Positions 49,154 through 58,834 of a stretch of 64,000 nucleotides of DNA are shown piece after piece; position 1 is the first letter of the stretch, and each line of letters begins with the position of its first letter. The DNA is from Pelagibacterales bacterium SAG-MED17 (lineage in GTDB: Bacteria > Pseudomonadota > Alphaproteobacteria > Pelagibacterales > Pelagibacteraceae). The DNA is taken from NCBI GenBank assembly GCA_014654115.1, contig JACWDO010000003.1:7303-71302 (forward strand), in the 5' to 3' direction. The notes beneath the pieces are model-generated. The model saw nothing but the letters and a program-made list of their open reading frames with translations, was not told the origin of the DNA and made no database searches. The position numbers were made by a program, and so were the translations under genes.

Positions 49154-50320
49154 TTATTTAGCCAGCATTTTTCCGACATTTTCTAGGGCTTGTGAAATAT
49201 TATCCCTAGATGCTGCAAAACTAAATCTAACATAGTCTTGGCATGTTTGTCCAAACGCTGTACCAGGCACGATTGCAACTCCTGCTTCATGCATTGCTTT
49301 TTTACAAAATTCTGCACCACTCATTCCAGTTCCTTTAACATTAGGAAAAGCGTAGAAAGCTCCACCTGGCAAACTACATTCTACTCCAGGTAATTCATTC
49401 AAGCCTTTGTGAATTAAATCTCTTCTTTGCGTAAACTTAACCATCATTTCATCTATTGAATCATCTGGACCATCTAAAGCAGCTATACCAGCAAACTGTG
49501 CGGCTGCATTTACGCATGACACACTGTTGATTAGTAATTTATTAACGTGACCAACCATTTCTTTAGGCCAAAAACTCCAACCTAGTCTCCATCCAGTCAT
49601 TGAATAAGCTTTACTCCAACCCTCCAAAACAATTAGTCTTTCTCTTAGCTCTGGATAATTGAAAAATGATGGCATTTCTTTTCCATCAAATATTTGTCTA
49701 CTATAAATCTCATCACTTAAAATAGTAACATGCGGATGCTTTTTTAACCCTTCAGCTAAAACGTCAATATCAGCTTTTTCTACAAAACTGCCTGTTGGAT
49801 TATTTGGATTAATTAAAATTAACAATCTAGTTTTATCAGTGATTAGTGATAAAATTTTTTCTGGATTAAATTTCAGGTCTTTATCTTCAGTTAAGTCATA
49901 TGGAACTGGAGTTGAGCCAGTATAATTTATCATAGACTCATATATTGGAAATGCTGGTGTTGGGTGAATGATCTCTGCTCCTGGCTCACCAAAACATTGG
50001 ATTGCATAACTCATCGTAGGCTTACCACCTGGCATAATTAAAATTCTTTCAAAATCTACATCAACTTCATAACGTCTTTTAATCCATCTTGTTACAGCTT
50101 GTCTACATTCTGGAATTCCATTCGACATTACATATCCATGATGACCATCGTCCAATGCTTTTTTAGCAGCATCAACTACATGTTTTGGAGTTTTAAAATC
50201 TGGTTGACCTAAACCCAAATGTATCATTGGATTTCCTTTTGCTTCTAACGCTTTAGCTTCTGCTAAAACACTAAAAGCTGACTCTGTTCCTAAGTTTTCT
50301 AAGTTTTTTGCAAATATCAT
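49154..50320 (-). CDS. PLP-dependent aminotransferase class I/II
   Basis: GQPDF, NPNNPTG, SDEIY, SKAYSMTGWRLG. Confidence 0.92.
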   Translation of the reverse strand: MIFAKNLENLGTESAFSVLAEAKALEAKGNPMIHLGLGQPDFKTPKHVVDAAKKALDDGHHGYVMSNGIPECRQAVTRWIKRRYEVDVDFERILIMPGGKPTMSYAIQCFGEPGAEIIHPTPAFPIYESMINYTGSTPVPYDLTEDKDLKFNPEKILSLITDKTRLLILINPNNPTGSFVEKADIDVLAEGLKKHPHVTILSDEIYSRQIFDGKEMPSFFNYPELRERLIVLEGWSKAYSMTGWRLGWSFWPKEMVGHVNKLLINSVSCVNAAAQFAGIAALDGPDDSIDEMMVKFTQRRDLIHKGLNELPGVECSLPGGAFYAFPNVKGTGMSGAEFCKKAMHEAGVAIVPGTAFGQTCQDYVRFSFAASRDNISQALENVGKMLAK

Positions 50321-50425
50321 ATGTTTATTTCTTTAAAATTTTTTTTTTGAAAACTAACGGAAAAGCTAGTGTATGTCTATTATATTTAATATTTTTTACT
50401 TATTTTTTTTATTAATAAAATTTAT

Positions 50426-51577
50426 CTACTTTCGATAAATAATTTTTGAAGGATCAAGATCTTTGATACTCTTACACCCCATCAATATCATGTTACGTCT
50501 GATCTCGTCATGCATATTTTGTAAAAGTTTTTCAACGCCTTGTTGGCCACCAGCCCCTAAACTAAACAAAAATGCTTTACCAAAACTACAAGCTGTCGCA
50601 CCTGCCGCTAATGCTTTAAGAACATGTGTTCCTCTTCTCACTCCACCATCTAAAATTACCTCTAACTTATCTCCCACGGCATCTCTAATAGCTTTTACTT
50701 GATCAAATGGAGACCTAGACCCATCAAGTTGTCTTCCTCCATGATTTGATATCATTATAGCGGTACATCCTATGTCTATTGCTCTTTTAGCATCATCAAC
50801 TGACATAACTCCTTTAAGAGCAATTGGGCCATCCCATTTTTTTATACAGTATTCTGCATCTTTCCAATTCATAGCAGGATCATATTGCTCATTTATATAT
50901 CCCATAACAGATTGTGCAATATTTGTACCTTTATCAACTTTATCTTTAAGATTTGCTAATTCAAATTTCTTATGCGTAAAATAATTAAAGACCCACTGAG
51001 GTCTCATAGCAAAACTCATTAAACTATCTAAAGTGAATTTCGGTGGTGTTGTAAAACCTGTTCTATGATCTCTTTCTCTATTTCCAGCAACAATAGTATC
51101 AACTGTGATACACATTCCATTGAAGTTTGCTCTTTTACATCTATCAATTAAGTCATTAGTTATTGATTGATCCTTATGGATATATAATTGGAAAATTTTT
51201 GGTCCACTTGAAAGATTTGCGATTTCTTCAATCGAAAAAGATGCCATTGTAGACATGCTATAAATTGTTCCAAATTTTTCAGCAGCACGAGCAGAAGCTT
51301 TATCTCCATCAGGATGGTATAAACTTTGCATGGCAGTAGGGGATAGAAAAATTGGCATATCCATTTTTGTTCCAAAAACCTCTGTTTTTAAATCAGGCTC
51401 GCCAACGCTATTTAAAATATTCGGAATTAGATCACAGTCATTAAATGAATATGTGTTTCTATTCATTGTAATTTCATCGTCAGCTCCACCGTCTATGTAG
51501 TGAAAAATAGGTGCAGGTAGTTTTTTTTTTGCTAACTTTCTAAAGTCATCAAAGTTATAGCAATTGCTTAAACTCAT
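50426..51577 (-). CDS. FMN-dependent alpha-hydroxy acid dehydrogenase (LldD/glycolate oxidase family), paralog 2
   Basis: FHYIDGG, GNRERD, SNHGGRQLD, DGGVRRG. Confidence 0.9.
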   Translation of the reverse strand: MSLSNCYNFDDFRKLAKKKLPAPIFHYIDGGADDEITMNRNTYSFNDCDLIPNILNSVGEPDLKTEVFGTKMDMPIFLSPTAMQSLYHPDGDKASARAAEKFGTIYSMSTMASFSIEEIANLSSGPKIFQLYIHKDQSITNDLIDRCKRANFNGMCITVDTIVAGNRERDHRTGFTTPPKFTLDSLMSFAMRPQWVFNYFTHKKFELANLKDKVDKGTNIAQSVMGYINEQYDPAMNWKDAEYCIKKWDGPIALKGVMSVDDAKRAIDIGCTAIMISNHGGRQLDGSRSPFDQVKAIRDAVGDKLEVILDGGVRRGTHVLKALAAGATACSFGKAFLFSLGAGGQQGVEKLLQNMHDEIRRNMILMGCKSIKDLDPSKIIYRK

Positions 51578-52728
51578 TATCCTCTAAATCTTAAATTACT
51601 TCTGTTTAGGTCACTGATTTTTGTGCAACCCATTAATTTCATATCTCGTTGCAGTTCAGTTTTATATTGATTTAGTGCTCTTTCCACCCCAGCTTGACCT
51701 GCTGCTGCTAATGCATAAAGATAAAGTCTTCCACCTGAGCAAGCTTTAGCACCTAAGGATAATGCTTTAAGCATATGAGTTCCTCTGTGAATTCCGCCTT
51801 CACATATAACATCAAGCTTGTCACCAACAGCATCAACAATTTCTGCAAGTTGGTCAAATGGAGATCTGGATCCATCTAACTGTCTTCCACCATGATTTGA
51901 AACCATAATTCCAGTACAACCGATATCTACAGCTTTTTTTGCATCTTCAACACTCATAATACCTTTAAGAGCAAAATGGCCGCCCCATTGAGAACAAAGT
52001 TTTTCAGCATCTTTCCAATTCATAGATTGGTCTAACATAGTAGAAAAATAACTTCCAATTGAAGAGTTAGTGCTTGTGCCTTCTTTTACAAAATCTTGAA
52101 GGTGAGGTAATTCAAATTTACCTTTTGTTAGATAGTTTATTCCCCACATAGGCTTAGTGGCAAAACTAAACAAACTTGATAAAGTTAACTTAGGTGGAGA
52201 TGTAAAACCAGTTCTTAAATCTCTCTCCCTGTTTCCACCAGTAATAGTATCTACCGTTAAAGCCATTACATCAAATTTTGCTGCTTTAGCTCTCTCTAAA
52301 CAAGAGTCATTCAAGCCTCTATCTTTGTGGAAGTAAAATTGAAACATCTTAGGAGTATCAATCATAGCAGAAATTTCTTCTACACTGACTGTAGCCAAAG
52401 CTGAAACACCAAACATTGTATTAAATTTTTTAGCTGCTTTTCCTACCGCTCTTTCTCCATCATAATGAAAAAGTCTTTGAAGCGCTGTAGGTGCTAGGTA
52501 AAATGGTAAATCTAATTTTTTTCCAAATATTGTTGTTGAAAGATCAACATTTTCAACTCCTCTCAAAACATTTGGAACTAGATCAACATCATCAAAAGCA
52601 CTAGTATTTCTTGCATATGTTATCTCATCATCTGCGGCACCATCAATGTAATGAAAAATTGGAGAAGGTAATTTTTTTTTAGCTAGTTTTCTAAAATCAC
52701 CAAAGTTATGACAATCTTTTAAATTCAT
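51577..52728 (-). CDS. FMN-dependent alpha-hydroxy acid dehydrogenase (LldD/glycolate oxidase family), paralog 1
   Basis: FHYIDGA, GNRERD, SNHGGRQLD, EGGIHRG. Confidence 0.9.
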   Translation of the reverse strand: MNLKDCHNFGDFRKLAKKKLPSPIFHYIDGAADDEITYARNTSAFDDVDLVPNVLRGVENVDLSTTIFGKKLDLPFYLAPTALQRLFHYDGERAVGKAAKKFNTMFGVSALATVSVEEISAMIDTPKMFQFYFHKDRGLNDSCLERAKAAKFDVMALTVDTITGGNRERDLRTGFTSPPKLTLSSLFSFATKPMWGINYLTKGKFELPHLQDFVKEGTSTNSSIGSYFSTMLDQSMNWKDAEKLCSQWGGHFALKGIMSVEDAKKAVDIGCTGIMVSNHGGRQLDGSRSPFDQLAEIVDAVGDKLDVICEGGIHRGTHMLKALSLGAKACSGGRLYLYALAAAGQAGVERALNQYKTELQRDMKLMGCTKISDLNRSNLRFRG

Positions 52729-52737
52729 GGGTTTAGA

Positions 52738-53238
52738 TTAAAATTTTTTTATATAATTAAACATATAACTATTTGCCCCAGGATTCTTATCTCCAAGACT
52801 TGCATTGGATATATGGTTATATGACACTGCTATTTCACTATTTGATGAAAATTCATAAGAAATTTGTATTTCTGTTTTAAACTCAACAACATGCCCTAAA
52901 TCTTTTCCATCCCCCTTAGAGTATAATCCAGGGGTAAAGCTTGGTGTAAATTTTAAAGGACCTTCGTTATAGATTTGAAATCCTGTGTAGACGTATGCAG
53001 CATTATCTGCTGTCACCATTAAGCCTGTTACTGGTTGAAGAATTCCCATGAAACTCTCTTTATCTTTTCCAGTGTTGATATGTTGAACTCCGAATAAACT
53101 TGATCTTTTCCCATCATCACTAAAGTCGAACATTCCAGTATAAAAACTCCAATTTTCATTGGAATTATGTCCATCAGCTTTCACTAAATTAAAAGATAGT
53201 AAAATATAAATTAGCAAAATTTTTGTAATAGCTCTCAT
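52738..53238 (-). CDS. Outer-membrane acyloxyacyl hydrolase / lipid A 3-O-deacylase (PagL-like)
   Basis: Signal peptide, EF motif, HISNA catalytic motif, NPG, terminal Phe. Confidence 0.75.
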   Translation of the reverse strand: MRAITKILLIYILLSFNLVKADGHNSNENWSFYTGMFDFSDDGKRSSLFGVQHINTGKDKESFMGILQPVTGLMVTADNAAYVYTGFQIYNEGPLKFTPSFTPGLYSKGDGKDLGHVVEFKTEIQISYEFSSNSEIAVSYNHISNASLGDKNPGANSYMFNYIKKF

Positions 53239-53252
53239 AAGAAAAATTATAA

Positions 53253-53615
53253 CTACTTTATAGATACTTTTCTAATAATTAAAATAGCTCCAAAAACAAA
53301 CAAAATCAAAGGTAATACCCAAAGTAAAAATGTATTTTTAGTTATTTCTGGATCATAAACAATCCACTCACCATATTTATTTTTTAGAAAACTATAAATT
53401 TGCTCATCATTTTTACCTTCATCAATTTTATTTTGTATTAGAATTTTCATACTTAAAGCAAAATCAGATTGAGAATCATAAACAGATTGACCTTGACAAA
53501 TTAGACATCTCAAATTTTTTGAAATTTTATCAACCTTTTCAGAATTAGTAGCATAAGAAAAATTAAAAAAACTAATAAAGTAAATTATTATAAGTATTAA
53601 AATCTTAATTTTCAT
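53253..53615 (-). CDS. ccmH: Cytochrome c biogenesis protein CcmH
   Basis: LRCLICQGQS, KYGE, C-terminal TM helix. Confidence 0.92.
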   Translation of the reverse strand: MKIKILILIIIYFISFFNFSYATNSEKVDKISKNLRCLICQGQSVYDSQSDFALSMKILIQNKIDEGKNDEQIYSFLKNKYGEWIVYDPEITKNTFLLWVLPLILFVFGAILIIRKVSIK

Positions 53616-54138
53616 TTTCTATTATCATTTTAATTTCAGCAAATTTTTCATCATCCAATGGGCCTATATATTTTTTTAAAATAGTTTTAGACTTATTATT
53701 TATAAGAAGAGTTTCAGGTACACCATATGCACCTAGCTCAATTGAATTTACACCAGTAGGATCAATTACTATTTTGGAGTAAGGATTACCTAATTCTTTA
53801 ATGAATTTTTTTGCATTAATCTCGTCATCTTTATAATTAATTCCAATTATATTGAATTTATTTAATGATTTTAGATTTAAAAGGTAAGCATGTTCCTCTC
53901 TACAAGGTAGACACCATGAAGCCCAAATATTAATTATAGAAAAATCTTTATCATCTATCAGCTTATATAATGTCGACTCTTTATTAGAATAAAGAAACTT
54001 GGCTTTGAAGTTAAAATCAATCTTGCTTGAATTTAAATCAGGAGAATAATTATTTGTTTTATTTAGACCTTTAAGAAGAATAAAAAAACTTAAAATTATA
54101 ATAAAAATTACTGCAATTAACTTAACATTTTTAACCAT
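53605..54138 (-). CDS. ccmG: Thiol:disulfide oxidoreductase CcmG/DsbE
   Basis: WASWCLPC, YKD, GAYGVPET. Confidence 0.92.
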   Translation of the reverse strand: MVKNVKLIAVIFIIILSFFILLKGLNKTNNYSPDLNSSKIDFNFKAKFLYSNKESTLYKLIDDKDFSIINIWASWCLPCREEHAYLLNLKSLNKFNIIGINYKDDEINAKKFIKELGNPYSKIVIDPTGVNSIELGAYGVPETLLINNKSKTILKKYIGPLDDEKFAEIKMIIENEN

Positions 54139-56002
54139 TTTTTTTTACAATACTTAATATGCCTCCAAAGGAAATCAGTATTACAGATATCCAAATCCAT
54201 ATCATGAAAGGTTTTATTTGATACCTAACATTATAAAATCCATCGTTTTTTAATATATTAAACACTAAAAAATTATCTGAATATAAAGTTGATTCTATAT
54301 CTGCCTCACTAGTTATTGTCTGAGGTTGGTTATAAACTCTTATTTCTGGTTTTAAATTAATCGAATTATTTTTGTCTGTAATTTTAAAGTTTGCTTCTAA
54401 AGATTGATAATTTTTATTTTCATTAATCTTAAGGCTTTCGAATTTTATTGTTTTATTTAAAAATTTCCTTTCATCACCAACTCTCATATTAGATGAATAT
54501 TCTTTAGCAAGAACACCATTGACTAAAACACTTAAAACAAACAAACTAAAACCAAAATGAGATATCTTTTGTGATAAATTTGTCTTCTTTACTGAAAAAT
54601 CTTTAATTGTAATAAAAAATAAAAAAAAACTAGCTATAAAAAGCGGGAGTGAAAATAGATATGTAACTCCAATTTTTTTTAAGAAAATAAAAGAAACTAT
54701 TATTGATAGAATAAAAAATAAAAATTGCTGTAAATTAATTTTACTTATCTTATCTTTTATCCAATTTAAATTTGGGCCAATAGCCATAAAAATTAAAAAA
54801 GGAATCATAAAAGGTACAATTAATTTATGATAAAATGGAGGACCAACTGAAATTTTATCATTGTTTAACACTTCAAGAAATATTGGATAAACCGTACCAA
54901 TTAATACAACTGATAAAAAAAACATCATAAACAAGTTATTAACTAGAACGGCTGTTTCTCTGCTGACAATATAAGTTTGTATATAATTATTTTTGATTTT
55001 ATTTTGATAGAAAAAATAAATGAAAATAGACAGCGTAATTAACATAAATAAAAAACAAAGTATAAAAACTCCTCTTGATGGATCATTTGCAAAAGTATGG
55101 ATTGAATTTAAAATGCCTGATCTTACTAAAAATGTTCCACTCATACTTAATGAGAAAGTTGTAATTGATAAAATTACTGCCCAAGAATGAAATATTTCTC
55201 TTTTTTCTAAAATTAAAATAGTGTGAAATAGAGCTGTTAAACAAAACCATGGCATCAAGGATACATTTTCAACTGGATCCCAAAACCAAAAACCTCCCCA
55301 TCCTAGTTCGTAATAAGCCCATATAGATCCAAGTAAAATTCCAATAGATAAAAAAATCCATGAAATTAATACCCAATTCTTGATATGCTTAGCCCAAGTT
55401 TTATTTACTGAACCTGACATTAAAGCTGCGAGAGAAGAGGAAAAAATTATAGATGTTCCAACGTATCCCAAATACAATATTGGTGGATGAATTGCTAGCG
55501 CGGGATCTTGGAGTATAGGATTTAAACCAGTTCCTTCATTTGGAATTGGAAATAAATTCATAAATGGGTTTGAAGTAAAAAGAATAAATAATAAAAATCC
55601 TAAAATTATTATTTCCTGAAAAAATAAAGTTAAAATTCTGTATTTGTTTGAAAGATTTTTAGAAGTGATTGTAAAAATAAACAAAAAAATTGTTAGTACC
55701 AATAACCATAGAAGTAAACTTCCCTCGTGATTTCCCCACGTGCCTGAAATTTTATAGAACAAGGGTTTAGAGGTATGAGAATTATTATATACTGTCTCAT
55801 TGCTAAAATCTGAGTTAATAAAAGCTATAATAAGGGTAATGAAACTTATTATAACCATTAGCGACTGAATTGAGATTAACGAAAAAATTCTTCCACTAAC
55901 ATTTATACTCTTTTTATTTAATAATATTGGAGATTGAAAAATTATCAAAATAGAAGATATTAAAGCTATATAAAGTGAATAATTACCAATTTGATTAAGC
56001 AT
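54131..56002 (-). CDS. ccmF: Heme lyase CcmF
   Basis: WGNHEGS, HPP, WAYYELGWGGFWFWDPVEN, SIHTFA. Confidence 0.96.
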   Translation of the reverse strand: MLNQIGNYSLYIALISSILIIFQSPILLNKKSINVSGRIFSLISIQSLMVIISFITLIIAFINSDFSNETVYNNSHTSKPLFYKISGTWGNHEGSLLLWLLVLTIFLFIFTITSKNLSNKYRILTLFFQEIIILGFLLFILFTSNPFMNLFPIPNEGTGLNPILQDPALAIHPPILYLGYVGTSIIFSSSLAALMSGSVNKTWAKHIKNWVLISWIFLSIGILLGSIWAYYELGWGGFWFWDPVENVSLMPWFCLTALFHTILILEKREIFHSWAVILSITTFSLSMSGTFLVRSGILNSIHTFANDPSRGVFILCFLFMLITLSIFIYFFYQNKIKNNYIQTYIVSRETAVLVNNLFMMFFLSVVLIGTVYPIFLEVLNNDKISVGPPFYHKLIVPFMIPFLIFMAIGPNLNWIKDKISKINLQQFLFFILSIIVSFIFLKKIGVTYLFSLPLFIASFFLFFITIKDFSVKKTNLSQKISHFGFSLFVLSVLVNGVLAKEYSSNMRVGDERKFLNKTIKFESLKINENKNYQSLEANFKITDKNNSINLKPEIRVYNQPQTITSEADIESTLYSDNFLVFNILKNDGFYNVRYQIKPFMIWIWISVILISFGGILSIVKKNG

Positions 56003-56424
56003 TACTTACTTTCCTTTAAAGCTTCTTCTACTTCGGGTGGCATATAATTTTCATCATGTTTTGCCAATATTTTAACGGCAGTTAAAAAATTACGATCCTT
56101 AAGAAATCCCTCTGCAACAACACCTTTTCCCTCTTCAAATAAATTTGGGACAGAGCCACTATAATTCACAATTAATTCATTTTTAAAGTCTGTAATTACA
56201 AAATTAACTTCTGACTGATTAACATTAATTGATTTTTTTTTAACCATGCCACCAACTCTAATTTTTTTTGATGTCAACTCTGATAAATTTTTTATTTCTG
56301 TAGGTGATTTAAAATAGACAACATTTTCCTCAAGGGACTTAAAAACCAAAAATACTATGAGAATAAGTGAAATGAATATAGATAATATAAAAATGGCTCT
56401 TAATTTAACTTTTTTACCATACAT
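56002..56424 (-). CDS. ccmE: Heme chaperone CcmE
   Basis: [21 protein letters not shown]. Confidence 0.96.
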   Translation of the reverse strand: MYGKKVKLRAIFILSIFISLILIVFLVFKSLEENVVYFKSPTEIKNLSELTSKKIRVGGMVKKKSINVNQSEVNFVITDFKNELIVNYSGSVPNLFEEGKGVVAEGFLKDRNFLTAVKILAKHDENYMPPEVEEALKESK

Positions 56425-56436
56425 GAAAATAAAAAG

Positions 56437-56670
56437 TTAAATTTTAGATGCAGATGAAGTAGCTAGTATTTCTTTATATGTCTCTTGTTTTTTTGCTATT
56501 TCAATTTTATCAGTTTCTAAACTCTCAAAACGTGCTCTAAATTTCTTTTGCTCTTTCACTAATTGAAGTTTGATCACCGAATATAAAATACAGAAACAAG
56601 AAATAGTAAATACAAAAGAAGACCATACATAGAGACCATATCCATTCATGTATAAAACTTCGTTAATCAT
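56437..56670 (-). CDS. ccmD: Heme exporter protein CcmD
   Basis: MNGYGLYVWSS then TM helix and charged tail; lies between ccmC and ccmE. Confidence 0.85.
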   Translation of the reverse strand: MINEVLYMNGYGLYVWSSFVFTISCFCILYSVIKLQLVKEQKKFRARFESLETDKIEIAKKQETYKEILATSSASKI

Positions 56671-57374
56671 AATCTATCTAATCCTTTGTTTTTAATTTTT
56701 ATCAGTTCTGTATTATATTTCATTAAAAATATCAAAAGCGAAAAAAGTGCAAATGCCGCAGTCATTATACCTAATGGTAACAACATTGATGTATGAATGG
56801 AAGTTTCAGTGAATATATTCACTGAAGAAGGCTGGTGCAATGTAGTCCACCATTCAACAGAAAATTTGATTATTGGTACATTTATTAAACCAATAATTGC
56901 TATGTAAGAACTTATCTTTACAGCTTTTTCTTCTTTGTCAGTTACTCTCCAACTTAGAAGAAACATCAAATAAAAAAGAGCAAGTAGTAACATTGATGTT
57001 ATCCTTGCATCCCATGCCCACCAGGTGCCCCAGGTGGGTTTCCCCCAGATAGATCCTGTAACTAAAGCTATAATATTAAAGACAAAGCCAGATGGCGCTA
57101 GGCTTTTTGCTATTAAAGAAAGATTCTTATTTTTAAAAACTAAAATACCAAATGACAAAACAGCAATTAAAGAAAAAATTCCAAGAGAAATCCAAGCTGC
57201 TGGAACATGTACATACATAATCCTCACTGAGTCACTTTGCTTATAGTCTTCAGGAGAAAGGACTAGTGCCTCAACAAGGCCAATACTTATAATTACCAAA
57301 AATATAATAAATACAAACTTTTGTGTTTTATTTATTATTTTTAATAAATTATTAGGTTTTAAATAATTGAACAT
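56667..57374 (-). CDS. ccmC: Heme exporter protein CcmC
   Basis: HVPAAW, WGKPTWGTWWAWDARIT, WWTTLHQ. Confidence 0.96.
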   Translation of the reverse strand: MFNYLKPNNLLKIINKTQKFVFIIFLVIISIGLVEALVLSPEDYKQSDSVRIMYVHVPAAWISLGIFSLIAVLSFGILVFKNKNLSLIAKSLAPSGFVFNIIALVTGSIWGKPTWGTWWAWDARITSMLLLALFYLMFLLSWRVTDKEEKAVKISSYIAIIGLINVPIIKFSVEWWTTLHQPSSVNIFTETSIHTSMLLPLGIMTAAFALFSLLIFLMKYNTELIKIKNKGLDRL

Positions 57375-57425
57375 TTTCTAATATCTATAACACAAATTTA
57401 ATTTATGAAAATTTTTCTGGTGAGT

Positions 57426-57489
57426 TATTCTGACCAAGAACACAGAGGGAGATAAAATAAATGGGATTAAAGCATCCTTGGTCAAAATA
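57426..57489 (-). ncRNA. Candidate small RNA or leader hairpin with CU-rich loop
   Basis: Minus strand TATTTTGACCAAG pairs with CTTGGTCAGAATA (13 bp, one G-U); loop contains AATCCCAT and TCTCCCTCT. Confidence 0.35.
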
Positions 57490-57556
57490 TTATTTATTTT
57501 AGTCATAATCTGTGACGAAGATTTGCACGAAATGTGTTTAAAAAATGTAAATATGT

Positions 57557-57877
57557 CTAGTTAGAAGGTTTAAAATAGCCTGAACCCTTTTTGCCTGAAA
57601 ATATTTCGTTAATTAGAGGGTGCTTAATTGGTTCATCTGAGTCATCCACCAATAAATTTTGTTCAGAAACATATGCTTCATATGTGATTTCATCATTTTC
57701 AGCTAACAAATGGTAAAATGGTTGATCTTTTCTTGGTCTCACATTTTTTGGTATTGATTGATACCATTCTTCTGAATTATTAAATTCAAAGTCAACATCA
57801 TATATCACACCTCTAAAATCAAAGTGCTTATGTTTTACTACATCACCAATTGAAAATTTGCCTTTTTGAATGCTCAC
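57557..57877 (-). CDS. hspQ: Heat shock protein HspQ (YccV family)
   Basis: KFSIGDVVKH..FRGVIYDVD, QPFYHLL, AYVSEQNL, HP. Confidence 0.9.
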   Translation of the reverse strand: MSIQKGKFSIGDVVKHKHFDFRGVIYDVDFEFNNSEEWYQSIPKNVRPRKDQPFYHLLAENDEITYEAYVSEQNLLVDDSDEPIKHPLINEIFSGKKGSGYFKPSN

Positions 57878-57954
57878 TACTTAAATATGGATATTTAAAA
57901 TTAAAAATCAATAAAAAAAATGTGAATGTTTTATTATTCTGCTATTATGTAGCA

Positions 57955-58506
57955 GTGAATAAATCTATTTTAAAATTCGTAACTGATTTAGGGCCTTTAG
58001 TAATATTTTTTTATTTTTATTATAATAATGATAAAAACTTAATTATTGCAATACCTCCACTTATAGTTGCAACTATTATAGCAGTTTTAATAATGTGGAT
58101 TGTTGAAAAGACAATTCCAAAAGTACCTTTAATAAGCGGAATATTAATTACTTTATTTGGTGGTTTAACAATTTATTTTGATGATCCTATATTTATTTAC
58201 ATGAAGCCCACAATTATAAATATATTGTTCGGTCTTGCATTAATGTTTGGCAAATACTTTACAAATGAACCAGTTTTAAAAAAATTACTTGGAAAATCTA
58301 TGCCTTTAAGTGATGAAGGATGGGAGATTTTAAATAAAAGATGGACGTACTTCTTTTTTGGATTAGCGATTTTAAATGAAATAATTTGGAGAACACAATC
58401 AGAAGAATTTTGGGTAAACTTTAAAGTTTGGGGAATGTTGCCAATAACCTTTATTTTTACCGCTTTTCAAATAGGATTGATAAATAAGTATAAAATTAAT
58501 GAATAG
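57955..58506 (+). CDS. yciB: Inner membrane protein YciB / septation protein A
   Basis: DLGPLVIFF, FIYMKPTI, W..LN.RW, WVNFKVWG; GTG start at 57955 chosen. Confidence 0.88.
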   Translation: MNKSILKFVTDLGPLVIFFYFYYNNDKNLIIAIPPLIVATIIAVLIMWIVEKTIPKVPLISGILITLFGGLTIYFDDPIFIYMKPTIINILFGLALMFGKYFTNEPVLKKLLGKSMPLSDEGWEILNKRWTYFFFGLAILNEIIWRTQSEEFWVNFKVWGMLPITFIFTAFQIGLINKYKINE

Positions 58507-58834
58507 AAACCTAAGATTAGTAATTGATAATAATAAAAAAGAGGAAAAACAAAAATATTTTTTCGAAAAAAAAGAATTAAAAATAATTTTAAATTTATAT
58601 GCTAAAATGGTTTCTAAGGGTTCGTGGAAAGATTATGGTTTAAGTAATTCAAATCAACAAGTCACTTTTAATGTTTTTAGAAATGCATCTGAGAATGCAT
58701 GTTTTAAGATTTGCAAAAACTTTAAACCAAAGAATAAAAATCTTAAATATTTGATTACTGATACAAATGGTCTTATTTTAAAGAATTCATATGATTTAAA
58801 TTCTTTAATGATAAATATAAATCATCTTAACTAA
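58499..58834 (+). CDS. DUF2794-like protein
   Basis: FEKKELKIILNLYAKMVSKGSWKDY pattern typical of this alphaproteobacterial family. Confidence 0.65.
   Translation: MNRNLRLVIDNNKKEEKQKYFFEKKELKIILNLYAKMVSKGSWKDYGLSNSNQQVTFNVFRNASENACFKICKNFKPKNKNLKYLITDTNGLILKNSYDLNSLMININHLN

Noticed and set aside
53253-57374. Missing ccmA/ccmB and F0 ATP synthase genes
   Set aside because: Split ccm and atp loci are normal in alphaproteobacteria; these genes are probably elsewhere in the genome.
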